Source: Microbotryum violaceum (Eukaryota). From it: a stretch of DNA of 64,000 nucleotides. The DNA is taken from assembly GCA_001244265.2 (NCBI GenBank), contig CDLV01000007.1:62001-126000 (forward strand), given 5' to 3'. A program made the position numbers and the translations under genes. This document shows, piece after piece, positions 1-15,507 of this stretch. Under the pieces are notes generated by a model. The model made no database searches. It saw nothing but the letters and a program-made list of their open reading frames with translations, and was not told the origin of the DNA. Numbering within the stretch: the first letter of the stretch is position 1; the number at the start of each line of letters is the position of its first letter.

Positions 1-2
1 TA

Positions 3-161
<159 letters not shown>

Positions 162-2662
162 TCATCACCTGATTGTGTCCTATTCTCTGAAGTGCGACTT
201 GACTTCTGATAAATCGCACTTTTCACAATGCATGCATGACCAGAAATTTCTCGCATGACCCTCAGCTGCGCACCCAACACAGCATCGGACAGTGCAGTAG
301 AAGGCTGTGGGCAAATTGATGGGCAGTGCAATACAGAGGGCAACTGGTAAATCTCAGGTTCTATCTGCCATGTGGAGACCCGAGTATTCAAGACGATTTC
401 GATCGCAATGTTGACCATCGGTGGATTTTCCCCGCGCCGGCGGGTACCCTGACTCAAAAACCGAGCCACTTTCAGTGCCACTACAGTACGATCTGGTGAT
501 GACCCCCATTCTTACAAAGAAGATTTCAAGCAAACAGAACCAAGGAGACCGATTGAGATACCACCAGAAGTGTCATCTGCAAAGGCTTCCTTGGTCGACA
601 GTGGAAACAGTCGGAGGCCAGCAATAGCTCGCAGGCCACTCGTGCACTCTGATGCGAGGAGGAATAGCAGAGTACTACGAAGAACAACATCGTGATCCTG
701 ACTCAATGATGTTCGTCCAGGTGTATACACCCCACTTTTCTGTCCATGGCTAACTCTGAGCTTCTGTCTTTACGATGTAACAGTAGTACATGTACCGGTG
801 AGAGCACGCAACAGATCGGGTCACACGGCAGAGAGCACATGAAAGGCGCAGGTGTGATTGGCATCAAAGTCACCTGTTTTTCAGCACCGGGGCAGATATT
901 ATTGGTGTATTGTCAAAATCATTCCTCAACATCAAACTAGAATGAGTTAAATCATACACAAACATCTTGCCAGGGGTATTGAGTACGTCGTCATGTATCT
1001 GAAATGTCGAGAGTCCAATGTCGACGCAAACGTACAACTGTCTTAGTGGCTGCTGCGTGGCTTAAAGTGGCCAAGACAACACCATTGACAAGCACCGAAA
1101 AACAGATCGAGTATGGGACCAGTTTAGCCTTAGATCGAGTACACATTAGAGTGTGGGGGTAAATGGAGTCTGATAATTAGCAATGTGATCTCTGCTGAGA
1201 TCTCAGGAAGTATCAACAAAGACCAGGCACGGACTTCGGGCATCTGACTGGCCTGACTGCGCACGCTATAAACACCAAACGCACTGGCAGAAATTTGAAA
1301 GCGCACTCACTAAGCGCAACCAAAAAGAATGCCCGCTTATCTTATCGCCAGCAGCAGAGGACATTCCTCCTGGATCTCTAGCTGACCTGTCAGACCTCCC
1401 GCTGCCGGCACTACTGCTGGGCAGTAACTTTTTCAAGCGGGCTAGAGCGCATTTAAGCGGTAGCCAAGCCCTGCCAGCGTTGGTTGCCTCTCGGTCGTAT
1501 GGTTGCTACTTTGCATTCCCTGCACTTCCGGGGGAGGGCAATATTGTATGACATGAAGAGACACTATTCAATGAAAAGGCAAAAGCACGCGAGCGCTCGC
1601 ATCATCTGTTTGGATTGAGGCTTTTGGAACAAGAGCCTTCGATTCTAGCCATTAAAAATTTCACCAAGTTTCGTCATCACTGCCATCATCTTCCGCATTA
1701 AAGTCCCACTCCTCAAGCCCAAATGCACCGTTGTCTGTGGCTTCGATAGAGTAATGACTCAAATCGTCGCTCGAATGATCACTCATGTCAAGTCAACTCC
1801 TTCGTTCGTGTTCAAGTTGTCGTCCGTCTCATCAATTGTGTCACCAGGGCTGCGGGCAAACGAAGTCAAATCCGGCAGGCCATCCGCTGTCGTTTGCTGA
1901 AAAAGTTCAGGTTCGTCGGTACACCAAAGCCGAAGGGCCACGCACCCTTCCATCGGTTGTTTGCCCGTGTCTTGGGTGCACTGCCACAGGTAGTAATCAA
2001 GGCTCGGGATCGATAGCTCCCGGGCCGATGGAGGAGGGCTCCGAGTCGGTCGACGGTCCGGACGCGGCCTCGTTGGGTTGCCGTGAATACTGTGGTACTC
2101 GGGATCCGGTCGCATCCGCTATTTCAATTTCTCAAGGCTAATAGAAGTCGTAGCGTCAGTAAGTTCTGGACTTGGGCCTCTCGACGACGAGTCATTTCTG
2201 GCGGTCACGAGAGGAGGGAGGCTAAAGCCGGCTTACGGGACTCGGAGGGAGAGGAAGAGGATGTAATTTTGAACGGGCCTTCACTTTTGCGCCGCAAAGA
2301 CTCGGAAAATGACGAGCGTTGGTAGGATCAGTAAGGCAGGATTTGGAAGGAAGAACGCGCCCGATGTGCGGATGAAGCGGTGAAGAGGAATGAACAGAAA
2401 GCAGCGGTTTGAACTGCCGGGACGTTTGAGGGGAGTTTTCTTCTTGTTTTCAGGAAGACTTCCAGGATCAAATACACATTTTTACTCGTCACTCACTTTT
2501 TGCGTGTTTCAAGTCTCGTTTGGCATCGTCTCCAGTCTCCGACGGACCTCAGCGTTTCGTTTTCGAACTCGGTCTCGCTTCGATTCTAACCCCCACTGCA
2601 GTCTCTCGTGTCTCGCCTTGGTGTCTTGAAAGTTCTTCGTCATACCTTAGCCTTTTCTTATC

Positions 2663-2710
2663 ATAACATCTTTGATCGATAACATCTTTGATCGATAACA
2701 TCTTTGATCG
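2663..2710. repeat. 16-bp tandem repeat x3 (ATAACATCTTTGATCG)
   Basis: Three exact adjacent copies read directly. Confidence 0.95.
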
Positions 2711-3338
2711 CTATACCATAATGCAAGCAGCGTAGCCGGAGGATTTTACAAACGCCTCGCTCTTCGGGGACAAGACTGGCTCCTTTCTCGTTCTCGCACG
2801 GGCCATGACCTCATCTTGTTCTTTTTCTTTTTCTTCTTCGCACCCTCCTCTGATCCCGTGGTCGCCCCGCTCTTGATGATTGTGTCAGCCGCCTTCTTCT
2901 TCCTCCGCCTCGTGAATTTCTTACGCTTGGTCTTGGTGTCTTTTTCCTTGTCTTCCCCTACTAGGGACGCTGGATTTGCTTGTGGTAGTGGCGGTGTGTG
3001 TCGCAGGGAGCCCATGCTTGAAGCGATGCCGATGAGTGCAAGGCGGTGGGGGAGGGTTGAAGCTTGAAGGTGGGGGTGCCAGCTGAGGCAAAGGGCCGAT
3101 TAGCGTAGGCGAGTTAGCAAGTGCACTACTTAGCCGCTATTATTCTGCCTCCAGGCGCGGGCCATTGGGGGGGGGGAATGGTATACCATGGCTGTACCAA
3201 CGTTTTTCTGGGCCAAATTTCAAAAAAGCTGCCTTAACGCGTTGCACGCGACCTAGTTTTTTTGGCAGGCTTAATTTGACCCGCATAGGTGTCGGCTTTT
3301 GCTACAAAGGATTTGACGCGCCGATTCAGGCTCGCGCG

Positions 3339-3368
3339 CACGGACCCTCTCTCCCCCGTGGATGCTAG
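3339..3368 (+). mobile_element. Possible Helitron-type 3' terminus
   Basis: Short stem CACGG...CCGTG followed 4 nt later by CTAG|T; the LINE-like reading frame begins abruptly right after CTAG. The stem is only 5 bp. Confidence 0.35.
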
Positions 3369-3990
3369 TGGCCAACAGATCTCACAAAGTCGCAGAAGCA
3401 ACAATTCTGGATTTGGCTCAACAGTCAATGGGCAACAGCGATCGAAAAGGACGTTCACTGGAAGCTGATCTTCGGGGCGACGCCGACATGCGTCCTGCAA
3501 CATCACCATGGTCACGCTGCATCTGATGGGTGTCCACAGTGCGGAGAACGAGACACCTTCATGCACTTCTACTTTGAATGTGACCATTCACGTGAGTTCT
3601 GGCGCCTGACCTTGCAGCTGCTGAGGGTTGCCCATCGCTCTCCAACAGCCAGAATTACGAAAGATCGCTCCGACGACGGTCACGACGCGACCCGGTATTA
3701 ACATCGCGTCCGCTTTGACAGCCGGCCGCTTGGACCCTGCGAAGGTCCCGACGGCTTGTCGGCTCGGCTCCCTCCGTCTGCATTGCCCCTCTCCTCGCCA
3801 GCATGCGCAAGTTCCTTCCGAATCGGGGCCAAGGACGCTGCAAGGACCCCTTTGAAGCTTTGCAGCTAGCAATATCGCGCTTGTGCCTGTGGGTCCAGGA
3901 CTCACCAAGTGTTGCCGTCGAAGCCAGCTGGGGGCTCAACGGTCTGTATGCTCGAGTTGTAGGTGTCAAGGCAGCTGACGACCCGGTGAC
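3369..3990 (+). mobile_element. Non-LTR retrotransposon (LINE) ORF2 C-terminal fragment, zf-RVT-like
   Basis: Manual translation from 3369: WPTDLTKSQKQQFWIWLNSQW...HWKLIFGATPT...CPQCGERDTFMHFYFECDHSREFW, the typical post-RT CCHC finger. 3' end approximate. Confidence 0.75.
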
Positions 3991-5828
3991 CATTCAAGAA
4001 GAAGATTCGAGCTTGGCCGCGGCTGTTGCGATTGGTGAAGAGTCTGAAGACTTCGGAACTGGCTTGCGTAGGAAAGAGCTCCTGAATCACGGCACGATGT
4101 TGGAGACGAGTCCGAGGGATTTGGTGCTCTCAACACTGCAGGGAGGCATTGCTGGTGACGGATTTGTGTAAATATAGCCCACTGTGGTGCATACAGACGA
4201 CGTGATGAGCAAGTTTTCTCAATTGCAGTAAGGGGGTTCGAAATGCAACAAGCAAGGTGCTTGCCAGCTTGAAGTACGCGGCGTCGCGTTTGTCATTGAC
4301 CTCAACATTGCTCAGCCAATCAACGTTATCCGAGATGGTTGACTTCAGCTGCTCGACAGAGTCCAGATGTTGCCAGAATGCTTCGGAACTGATTGGCATG
4401 TGTTCCACTATCGACGTGCAAGGGGATCGAACCTCGATGGATCGATAGCCGGTGGCGTACAATTCTCGAGGATCGTGAGTCTTGTTGAATAATGAGCGGG
4501 TGGAGCTATTGGGGCGAATCTGATGCGGATGGAATGTTGGCTCGAACTCGGATACGGCGAGCGTTGCGGTCAGGTCAGGCCGGGTAAATTTGAACGCGAG
4601 AAGCTCGCCGACAGTGAGCTCGGCAACAGGAGTCAGGAGACATCATGATAGCGGCGAATTGCTCATCTGGAATCTCGAGCACGTCGTCTAAGAGCAGTTG
4701 AATTCGTGTATCTGGAGGGGCTGCTGTAGATGACATGCTGTCCTCTTAACCCTCAGCAAGGACACGCAGGGAAGTGCGCAGAACGATGCTCGCGACGTGG
4801 CACAAGGTGAGGGTGGTCAGAGGCTGTCAGGCGCGTCTATTGGCATTTGTTTCACTTCCAGCGCCCTTGATTTGGTGAGCGTCTGTGAGCTCTGTGAGCG
4901 TTCGACTCCTGAGAAAAACCCGCCCTCCGTAACAAACGGAGGGTTTTCTAAACAGGAGTTATGAACAAGTAGGGTGGGAGGGAGGAGCTCAAAAAAAAGG
5001 TCGATCGGCTTTGCTCAAAGAGCGCAGGTCTGATTAGTAACTAAACACTGCAACTGACTTTGGGGCATAGGGCATACCTTTGCTCGAAAAGCGCAGGGCG
5101 ATGGCAGGGGAGGAAGGCGACGCGGTAGGTAGACGCGGCCAAACGAGGTCTGTATACAAGGTAGCCCCATGAGTCAACTTGCCCAACAAGGACAAGGAAT
5201 TTGGCAACATGCCCAACAAGGACAGTCGTGATCCGGAATGCGAACCTTAGCTAGAAACAGCGAGCCGCGATAGTGCGAGTCTCGAAAAGTTCGCCCTTGC
5301 TCTAAGCAGTGGGTGCGATACGACCTTGCAAAGCAGCGGGTACGGCGGCTGCTTACAACGTAGTGGCAGGCTAGCTCACTCAAAGTGGGTAACATCCCTC
5401 GTAAGCCCTCTGCCCTTGTTGGACAGTTGGACTGATGATTAGAGACTGGCAGGGGGGTGCCGGAACCACAACACGAAATGCTGAGGCGTGCGGCACGACG
5501 AGGGAGAGGAAGGGCCCGCGCGCGCCAGCGGGTGAGCAAGGCGGGAGGCCCAAGGGGCCGAGAAGAGTGCGTGCTGGCACAGGGTCCAAAGAATGCGTGT
5601 TCGAAGAGTGGAGCGCGAGCGGGCCCCGTTAGGCCGAGACCAGCGCGCTTGAGCTGTCCGTGTCAAAATCTTGCAGCAAGGCCGAAAAGACTAGAAGCAT
5701 TTTTTTGCATTACAATCGGCTCGCGCGTCCAATTTCGTTCCGTTCAGAAACTCATTCAGACTAATGGACGGCCAGTTGGCCCGCGGCGCGCGCCTACTGA
5801 TATACTGATCCCAGATCGCCGCCGCTGA

Positions 5829-7710
<1,882 letters not shown>

Positions 7711-7864
7711 TCTTGCGCGAAAAGAAAGCGATCGGGCGAAGCTGAGAGTCGACGGTCTGTGAGAGGATAGACGCATCGGACTCGATGACGCAAGGCAGCG
7801 CAGGACCGTAGTACCGAAGAATGACATCCGAGGCGAAGAGCGACTTGAGGTGGTCTAACGCAGC

Positions 7865-8450
7865 AGCAGCTGAAGAAGTTTTTCAACGGCGGCCACACGT
7901 ACCCATCTCTCATCTGATTCTTGTTGAACATCGAGACAAAGTTCTCCATCATTTCGGTTTCAATAGCAAGTGAGCTTTTCACCAAACGCTCTCCGCCTTC
8001 GACCTCTTCCATCCAAAGCTCGTACCACCCCGGCCCCCGAGTCAGGCTGGCCCGTCGTCTCGTTCGACTCGCGGAACGAGATGACAAGTGCGAACGGGAG
8101 GGTGCAGAGGTGGCGAACCAGGTCTTGTATGACGGTACGTAAAAAGATAGTAAAGCGACTTTGAGTAGTGTCTTCTTCCTCAATAATCTCGCGGTCCATG
8201 AAGCGCTGAAGGCCAGCTTTAGCGAGTGGTGGAATCGGTGAATTATCGTGAATGTCGTGCGCCACAAAGCCCGTTTCGAGTGCGGCCAGTACTCGTGAAA
8301 TCATATCGTGTACGACCGATGAAGCCCGCACGTCCGGATCGGGATCGGGATAAAGCGGCCGATCTTGTCTTTCTAGTCTTTCCATTCGATCCATACGAGG
8401 CTACTAGTCCTTGGTACAGGGGGTCGACCACTCGTCGGCGGCAACGGGAC
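7865..8450 (-). pseudogene. Relic of a putative PD-(D/E)xK nuclease-family gene, distant paralog of the 45-59 kb cluster
   Basis: SSVVHDMISRVLAALETG..SPIP resembles SICHDSSIADRVLAALSKG..STLP (ORF 45167); downstream GQPD...LAIETE after a frameshift; truncated by the Gypsy fragment. Confidence 0.45.
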
Positions 8451-9073
8451 GGGCGGCGTAGTACTAGGAGCGACGGGGGAACCGATCGCCCACTGCAAAA
8501 GGTGTGTGCAGTGGTCCGAATAGTAGTAGTCGACGGGCACCTGACCCAGCAAACGCAAGACCGTGCGTTAAAAGGTGTTGTGATCGGTCGGGGGAAGAGG
8601 AAAGGAAAAAGGAGAGCGTTCCGAGTCACCGACGCTCTGCTTGGCAACCGCACATTGTCGGGCTGACTTGAAAAGGGGGTTCAGAGCGCGCCGTGCGATC
8701 GAGCGGTCGGGCCGTTCGCCGCCACTCGCCGCCACTCGCCGCCCCTTGGGGTTGCGTTCCACATCGTACCGGCTCAGCCCCACCATCGGTGTCGAGTTTA
8801 CCTCCGTCACGGTAGGGCTTCGAGGTGAAAAAGACCACGTCGGACCAACCCTCATTGATCATTTATTGCTCAGATTAGGAAATCAGCTGAGATCGACTCA
8901 CGCACGAGTCGCTTCGTTCTCTCGTTCAAAAGGTCTGCAGGTGCTTAGGCTTATTCGCGAATCGAAAGCTATAGAATGTAAAAGCTCAGTCTCGTCGATC
9001 TCATTGCAATCGAGCCTAAAAACCCCGAGAATTGCACACAAAAAACAATCGTCACGACCCTTGTGACCCTCGC

Positions 9074-12000
9074 TCATGCCGACTGAGCTTTCCTGAAGAA
9101 TTCCGTCACGTCCGTCGCCGAAAAGTCCAACCCGACCTTGTCGTCCTACAAAAAGAGGAAAAGCCAAATCAGAATCAACACCCTCCCCGACGAGAACACC
9201 CAAATCCTCACCCCAAGACGTACCGAATAACATCTCTCCAACAATGCCCTCCAGCCCCCGGACATTCTCAACATTTCGTCTTCGCACGCCTTCCAAACCG
9301 TCTTGAGCACCTCGGAATGTTGCGCCGCCTGATGCGTAACTTCCCCACCGAAATGTTTATCGACGCGCTTGTACAATCCATCGACCGCTTTCCTGACGTC
9401 CTTGGCGCGTAGGTCACTCAGCGCTCGCCGGACGGCGGCTTTGGTGTAGGCCGAGTGGAGGGATACTTCGTTCGGCGGGGTCGTACGTAGCAGTTGTTCG
9501 AGGCCGGTGAAAAAGTCCTGTGGGGGGGCCAATTTGGGCAAGTGACGAAGTCAATTCGACTGATCGCAGCGATCACCTATAGGCTGCACAATTATGAACG
9601 CACCAAAGCGCGAGCCAGAGGTCGTCGAAGTATGAGGCGGATGTAGGCATCCAGATTCTGCGTGTACTTCTCCTTCGCTTGCCCGACGAACGGTTCGAGC
9701 GCAAGGACGCGCTGCTGCTCCGAGAAGACGGCGATGATGTGGTGCATATTTTCTATTCGATGCGGTCAACAAGTAATCGTCAGTCACTTCGCCCGAGCTC
9801 GACGCTCGTGCCGAAATGCAGGCTCACCAATAAGAATGACATGATAATTCAATTGATCCTTGCCCTCCCCACCCTGACCCTCCCCATCCATCTTGGCCAT
9901 CTGCTGCAAACAATCCATCATCGTACTCGTGACGCTCTCATAATGACCATCCACCACGTCCCTAATCGGCAAATCATCACAGCCTTCGAGTTGGGCCTCG
10001 AGGCGTGCAACGAAGATAGGGAACACGCGCACGAAGGGTACGACGCCTTTGCGCTTTTTGAGCGTGAGCTTGGTTTGTTCGATGCCTTTGATTTGTTCCT
10101 TCTGCTCGTCAATCGCAGGATCAACGTGAGGTCAGCGGTGCGCTCGATCCGATCGTAAAGGATGGAAAACCGAACGTACGATCTGCCGCTCGAGCGACGA
10201 GATGGATTTCGAATGCTGGCGTTGAAACAGCCTTAACAAGAACTCAATCCTCTCCGCTTCGCATTGCAAGATGAACCGATCGAGCGCCGCAACGATCCCA
10301 ACAATTTGCCTGTCCCCCCCACACACAACGTCATTCAATTAGCGCACAGATCTTCTTCCTCCTTGCTCAGTCGAAAGAAACTCACATCGGATCCATCCTC
10401 AACACCCCCTCAATCCATTCCTTCAACTCATTCTCCAAGAACTTGAACACCAACTCCATCGACCCCTTGATATCCTTCATCTTGCCAAAATTGGCATTCA
10501 AATGCCGCGTAGCCCCTCTTCGGAAAAAAGTCTCGAGCATCATGTAGTCAGCAAAAGTGATGGAAGCGTCGAGGGAGTTGACGTGTAAAAAGTCGGCAAG
10601 GAAGCCTTGTTCGCGTTGAACGTGGGGTACGATTTGTTCTAGCGCTCGACCAAACGCCTGCAGACAGAATCGCAGCACAATGTTCAGCAAAATGGGTTCT
10701 CCCCCATCAACGTACGAATCCCATCCACGTTATCGCTAGCACTCACCTCACTAGCACTCATCTTCGCCTCCTTACTACCCGCACTATCCTCCCTCTCCCT
10801 CTTCCTCCCCCCATCCGCCGGATTTCGATTAACCAGCGTCCCAGGCCTCCTTATCGAATGCTGCCTCAACGTCGGCGATTCTTTACCCGCAAAGTGCATC
10901 GCTTCCAATTCGTCCTCGGGTGTCTTGCGGATCTGCGCCTTGAACGAAGCGAGAAGTTCTTGAATTTCCGAACGGTAAAGATCAGACATGACAGAGTGAT
11001 AAGTCTGCGACAAAACGAAACAAAATCTTCAGTGCCTCGTAAGACCCGACAAAGAATGCCCGCGGCCCCGCAGGTCCCCGAAAGAAACATACCGAACAAA
11101 TCTCCTCGTACCGTTCAAACTCAATCTCCTTTACGAAAAGCATGATGCCGCAATACCTACCCAAGAACTCTTCCAATTGTTCATGGCCCGGTAACCTCCC
11201 TTCCTTCTTCACCTTGGGGTCCTTGGGATGCAGTACCCCATCCACTTGGAACTTGAACATGATGGTGAGAAAGTCCAAAACCCTCTTTGAAAACCTAGTC
11301 GCCGTCGCACGATATTCCGCCACCCTTTCAGACGCAACTAGCATCTCCGTATCCCTCGTCGATAAGAGCGCTTTATACAACGATACTGCCGCTCTCTCCA
11401 ACCTCTCGATTCCGGAAGTAGATTCGAGTGATTCTTGAGCCAGGGCGGCCAGGTCTTCTTCGGAGATGTGGATCGTCGACATGAGCTTGTCGATCTCGAA
11501 TAAGAGTTGTCGTTGGTTCGAAGTCTGGACTTGCAAGCCTCGATTCTGGGACTCGATGTGCGCAATATCGTCCGTCATCAACTGCGAGAAAGAAAAAAAT
11601 ACACACACTGGAGGTGAGTCCAAACATTCACGCGTCACGCGCGCACCCTGAATCCTCCTACACTCGATTCGGTTCGAGTGACTTGACTTACATTCAACTG
11701 AGTCTTGTACGTTCCCATGGTCAACTCCATAACCTCCAACTCTGCCAAAGTCTGATCCAAACATTTGACGACGTCCTCTACACGATCGTCCGATTCCATG
11801 ATCGCATGAATCGACGCCGCTTCCAAAGCCTTCAATTCCCCAATAAGTCGTTTCTCAATCTCGTCCGCCCTCGCAACACCATGTCTTCTCACGGAGGAAG
11901 ACGCAAAAGAAGTTCCGTCACCAGAGGATATACCAATCCCCGCTCCCCTCCATTCGAAACCCTCCAACATCTCCTCAACATTCATCAAAACAGTCTCATC

Positions 12001-13917
12001 ATCAACCATCTCATCCGCCGTCTTGAGTTTCTTAACCCCAACCCCGACCGTACCCGGCATCTTGACCGCACTCGTACCTCCAATCCCAATCCCAACCCCA
12101 TCGAATTGTAAACCCGTCGACGACGAACCCGGCAAACCGGGTGGTGTACCCGGCAAACTCTTCGGTTCCAACTCCCCTCCTGACATCCCTCCGGGTGGTT
12201 GATTCGCTCTAACAGCCGAAATCTTCAACCCTTGCGCCGCAGCGACGACTGACTTTTTCCTCTCTCCCAACCTAAACCTAATCTCCAACTTTTGCGAATT
12301 CGATTTCGCCGCTGCTGCTGCTACGGTCGCCGCCGCCGCCGCTGCCGACGACGACGAAGATGACGACGCGGACGCGGACGCGGACGGGTTAACGACGGAC
12401 AAGGAGTTGGTTGAAGATGCCATGGGTGGTGCTTGACCAGTTGGTCTTCTAAAATTTGACGAGTTGGTAGCTATCGGTATTGTCGTAGGTCCATTCGAAA
12501 AAGAAGCGGAAGGGGAAGGGGAACTAAGGAGGGTTGGTCTCGCTGAAGTGGAAGGTGATGAAGGTCTTCTCGCATTTGGAGCGAGTGCAACTCCTCCGAA
12601 GGAATTTTGGAAAGTGGGTGTCGAAGTGGAGGATTGAATCGGTGGTTGTAGATTACCTATGGGTGGTGGTGGAGGGGCTTCGATTCGATAATTGGATTGA
12701 ATTGAGAGATCTCTTGAGCGTGGACCTTGGTTAGGTGCGGGACCGGGAACGAGGGGAGACGAGGTGTTGGAAGGTGGCATCATCATCGCTGCTTGAACGG
12801 GGGACATAGGAAGGGGGGAGACGTGGGCGTGGTTAGGTTGGACGGGGGGTCGCCTGCCGCCTGCGTTAGGGACGCTCGAAGCTGATGAACCGGGTCGATG
12901 AAAGTCGTGGCCTGGACTGGGGCCGGAAGGGGTTCGAGTGCGTGGGCTCATCGCTGACGGTGGTGGAGCGCCTCCGAGATGAGGCGAGGCGGAAAAGGTG
13001 GACGGTTGCGAATTGTCGACAGCGAATCCGAGCAAGACCAGATCGGGTTGACCTCGACCTGAAAACGGCGCATGTGGAGGTGTCGGTGAGCTCGTGGGGG
13101 TCAATCAACGAGACAAGGCGGGCAGCTTACCGTTCATGAACCTCCTCCAGCATCGTACGATGGTGACGAGAAAGGCGGCCTGTTGGGACGAGGGCATGTT
13201 GGTCTTGTATCGGTAGGCTTTACCGGTGATAGTGAGGACGAATTCGAGCGGCTGCCGAGGGGGGGACAGGGGGGTTTCTGTGTGGTCAGTTGAGGCCCGA
13301 AGCGCCATGTGGGGGGCACTGACCTGCGGATTTGGGTATCCCTCGACCATACGCTGAGGCACAAAGCTGCACGATCAGCATTTACAGTTTGAACTGAATC
13401 TTATGATTCGATTTGGCTCACTTTTGCGACCTCGACCTGAGTGAGCTGCTCGAGCGGCCAGGTCTTGCCGATCGAAAAGGTGCCATTCGAGTTTTGTTTC
13501 GCCTTGTGCAACTTGAGTCGGCCATCCCTCGCGGCTGATCAAGCGGCGAAGGGAAAGACGAGCGGATCAGCGCGGTGTGGGTTGCTCTGGATTGCCGAGG
13601 TTCTCTGTGGTGGTAGGAGACGGACCGGAGAGGATGAGGAAGCGCGCTTTGACCTGGGGTGATTGACCCGGCTGAGCGTTGACGGGTGGGACGACCTCCC
13701 ACGTCGGACAATACGCGACGTAACTATCATTCGCTGCGGAAAGTGTCCGGAAAAGGTATCCTCAGTCTCGCTGAACGGCCAGGTCTGATAGCGTCTTCTC
13801 CAGCGTCTCTTGAGCGTCTTTCCGGCGTCTCTCGGGCAACTCACGTGGCGCGCTCGATCCGGGCGGAGGCGTGAACAGTGAGCCAATGATCGCTCGTGAA
13901 TGGTCCTGCGTGGCCAT
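9074..13917 (-). CDS. SEC3: Exocyst complex component Sec3 (multi-exon)
   Basis: N-terminal PH-like exons (YVAYCPTWE...KARFLILS), Pro/Ser linker, then NVEEMLEGFEW, RLIGELKALEAASIHAI, IAHIESQNRGLQVQTSNQRQL, LYKRVDKHF; GT-AG introns; ATG 13917, TGA 9074. Confidence 0.9.
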
Positions 13918-14198
13918 GCTTGCCCTTGATCTTGATTGAGGTGCGCAGTCGCAGTCGGGGCCGGGTTGTGCGGGTTAGGGGAGTGGGATCGAGGGGGAAG
14001 CTGTTATCGAGCTTATTATAGAGCGAGTTGAACCGGTGGTGAGCGCGTCACAGCTCCCGCACGACGCGCGCTCATGTTAGGCATTTCGAGTCAATTGAGC
14101 ATTAGTCCAGTACAAATGACCGGGCCTCGCTCGCTCGAATTACTCAATTCCAATCTGCCAAGTCCGCCGGTAACCCCCTAATTATAACCCCCCCACCA

Positions 14199-14270
14199 TC
14201 CACACCGTATTCCACACCGTATTCCACACCGTATTCCACACCGTATTCCACACCGTATTCCACACCGTAT
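14199..14270. repeat. 12-bp tandem repeat x6 (TCCACACCGTAT)
   Basis: Six exact copies ending 6 nt before ATG 14277. Confidence 0.95.
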
Positions 14271-14276
14271 CGCACC

Positions 14277-15419
14277 ATGTCCTCCACCGCGTCCAACCCC
14301 ACCACCTCCACATACGCCAAAACACCTTTACATCTCCTCGAAGCGCTCAAGCAACTCTCCACATGCGAAGTAAGTGGCCATCCGTTCCTCTGCTCCGACT
14401 CGTCCCCCCCACCTTGACCCCTCCTTCCTGACTCTCTTCCTGCAACCCGCACCACCTCACAGATCTCGGATGCGCTCATCAAGCTAAAAACCCCCTCCGG
14501 AGGTTACGTACCCGATCTAGAACCTTTCGGGGCGTTCCCCACCTCCGAAAAGGACAGACTCGTCGGTGAAGTTTTTACCGTCCAGGTCCGTTTCGCGGGG
14601 GTAAAAGTCACCCAGATCGACCTAACTCCAAACTGATCCATAGCTCTGGGTCTGGCTCACAAAATCGACAGTAGATGGTCGATGCGAACGACTCACTGGC
14701 GCCCAAGCTAGACGGAGGACACTTTGTAGGTACTCTCGCTTCCCGAGTCGGCGCCGTTCAAAAGAGCAGCAACTCATCCCGTCTCTTAATCACAGGTCGA
14801 CCAAGCCCTTCCAGGCTGTATCGTCTTTATTTCCTCTCCTCATCGTAAGCACTCGGCAGATAATTCTACCACCGCCTTCGGACTTCCCTTCTGACTCGCG
14901 CGTGGTGACGAGTAGATATCAAATCCGCTTCCCTCGGTGGCCTCCTCGCCGCCGGTCTGCACGTCAAAGCTGTACAAGCTGTCGTCATCGATGGCAGATG
15001 TAGGGATCTACAAGAGATCCGAACCCTGGGGATGCCTGTGAGACTTTAGCCACTACCGCAACTCGGATCGACCCCCCCACCCCCACTTTCACTAACCGCC
15101 CCTCTCCTCGCCATGTAAATAGGTCTGGGCCAGCTCTCACTCGACTCTAGGTCAATCACCCTTCACCCGACCCTCGACCATCCAACAACCACTCACCATC
15201 ACCCACCCCAACTGGCCCACTCTCACCATCTCCCCTCACGACGTCTTGATCGCCGATATCGACGGCGTCGTCGTCGTACCCTCTGACAAAGTAGAACAAG
15301 TGATCGAATTGGCGATCAAAGGAAAGCAAGTAGATCAAAAGTGTATGAACGATATCCTCGAAGGGAAAGGGGTAGCCGAAACTTTCGCGAAGCATCGAGG
15401 TCAGACGGGAAAGCATTAA
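14277..15419 (+). CDS. RraA-like / HMG-aldolase family protein (multi-exon)
   Basis: Spliced translation STCE/ISDALIKL...SASLGGLLAAG...VVIDGRCRDLQEI...STLGQSPFTRP...DVLIADIDGVVVVP. Confidence 0.88.
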
Positions 15420-15507
15420 CGTGGACGCCGGAGCTTCGTATAAGCGTGTAGCGGTGTCAATGAAATTTTGTTTGCGACTGCAATTGCACTTGTTTCCCCC
15501 CTAACCC

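Noticed and set aside
2746..3015. Lys-rich 89-aa ORF
   Set aside because: Low complexity within TE debris; no family or splice support.
3990..4620. Minus-strand open frames next to the LINE fragment as a twin-priming inversion
   Set aside because: No diagnostic motif links them to the LINE and the position does not fit a 5' inversion.
4914..4947. Hairpin CCCTCCGT-AACAA-ACGGAGGG-TTTT resembling a bacterial terminator
   Set aside because: Fungal context with no upstream gene; more likely a TE-derived palindrome.
14199..14270. Regular repeats as a possible CRISPR array or YGVE-repeat protein
   Set aside because: No spacers, eukaryotic context; the minus ORF is a shadow of the RraA-like gene.
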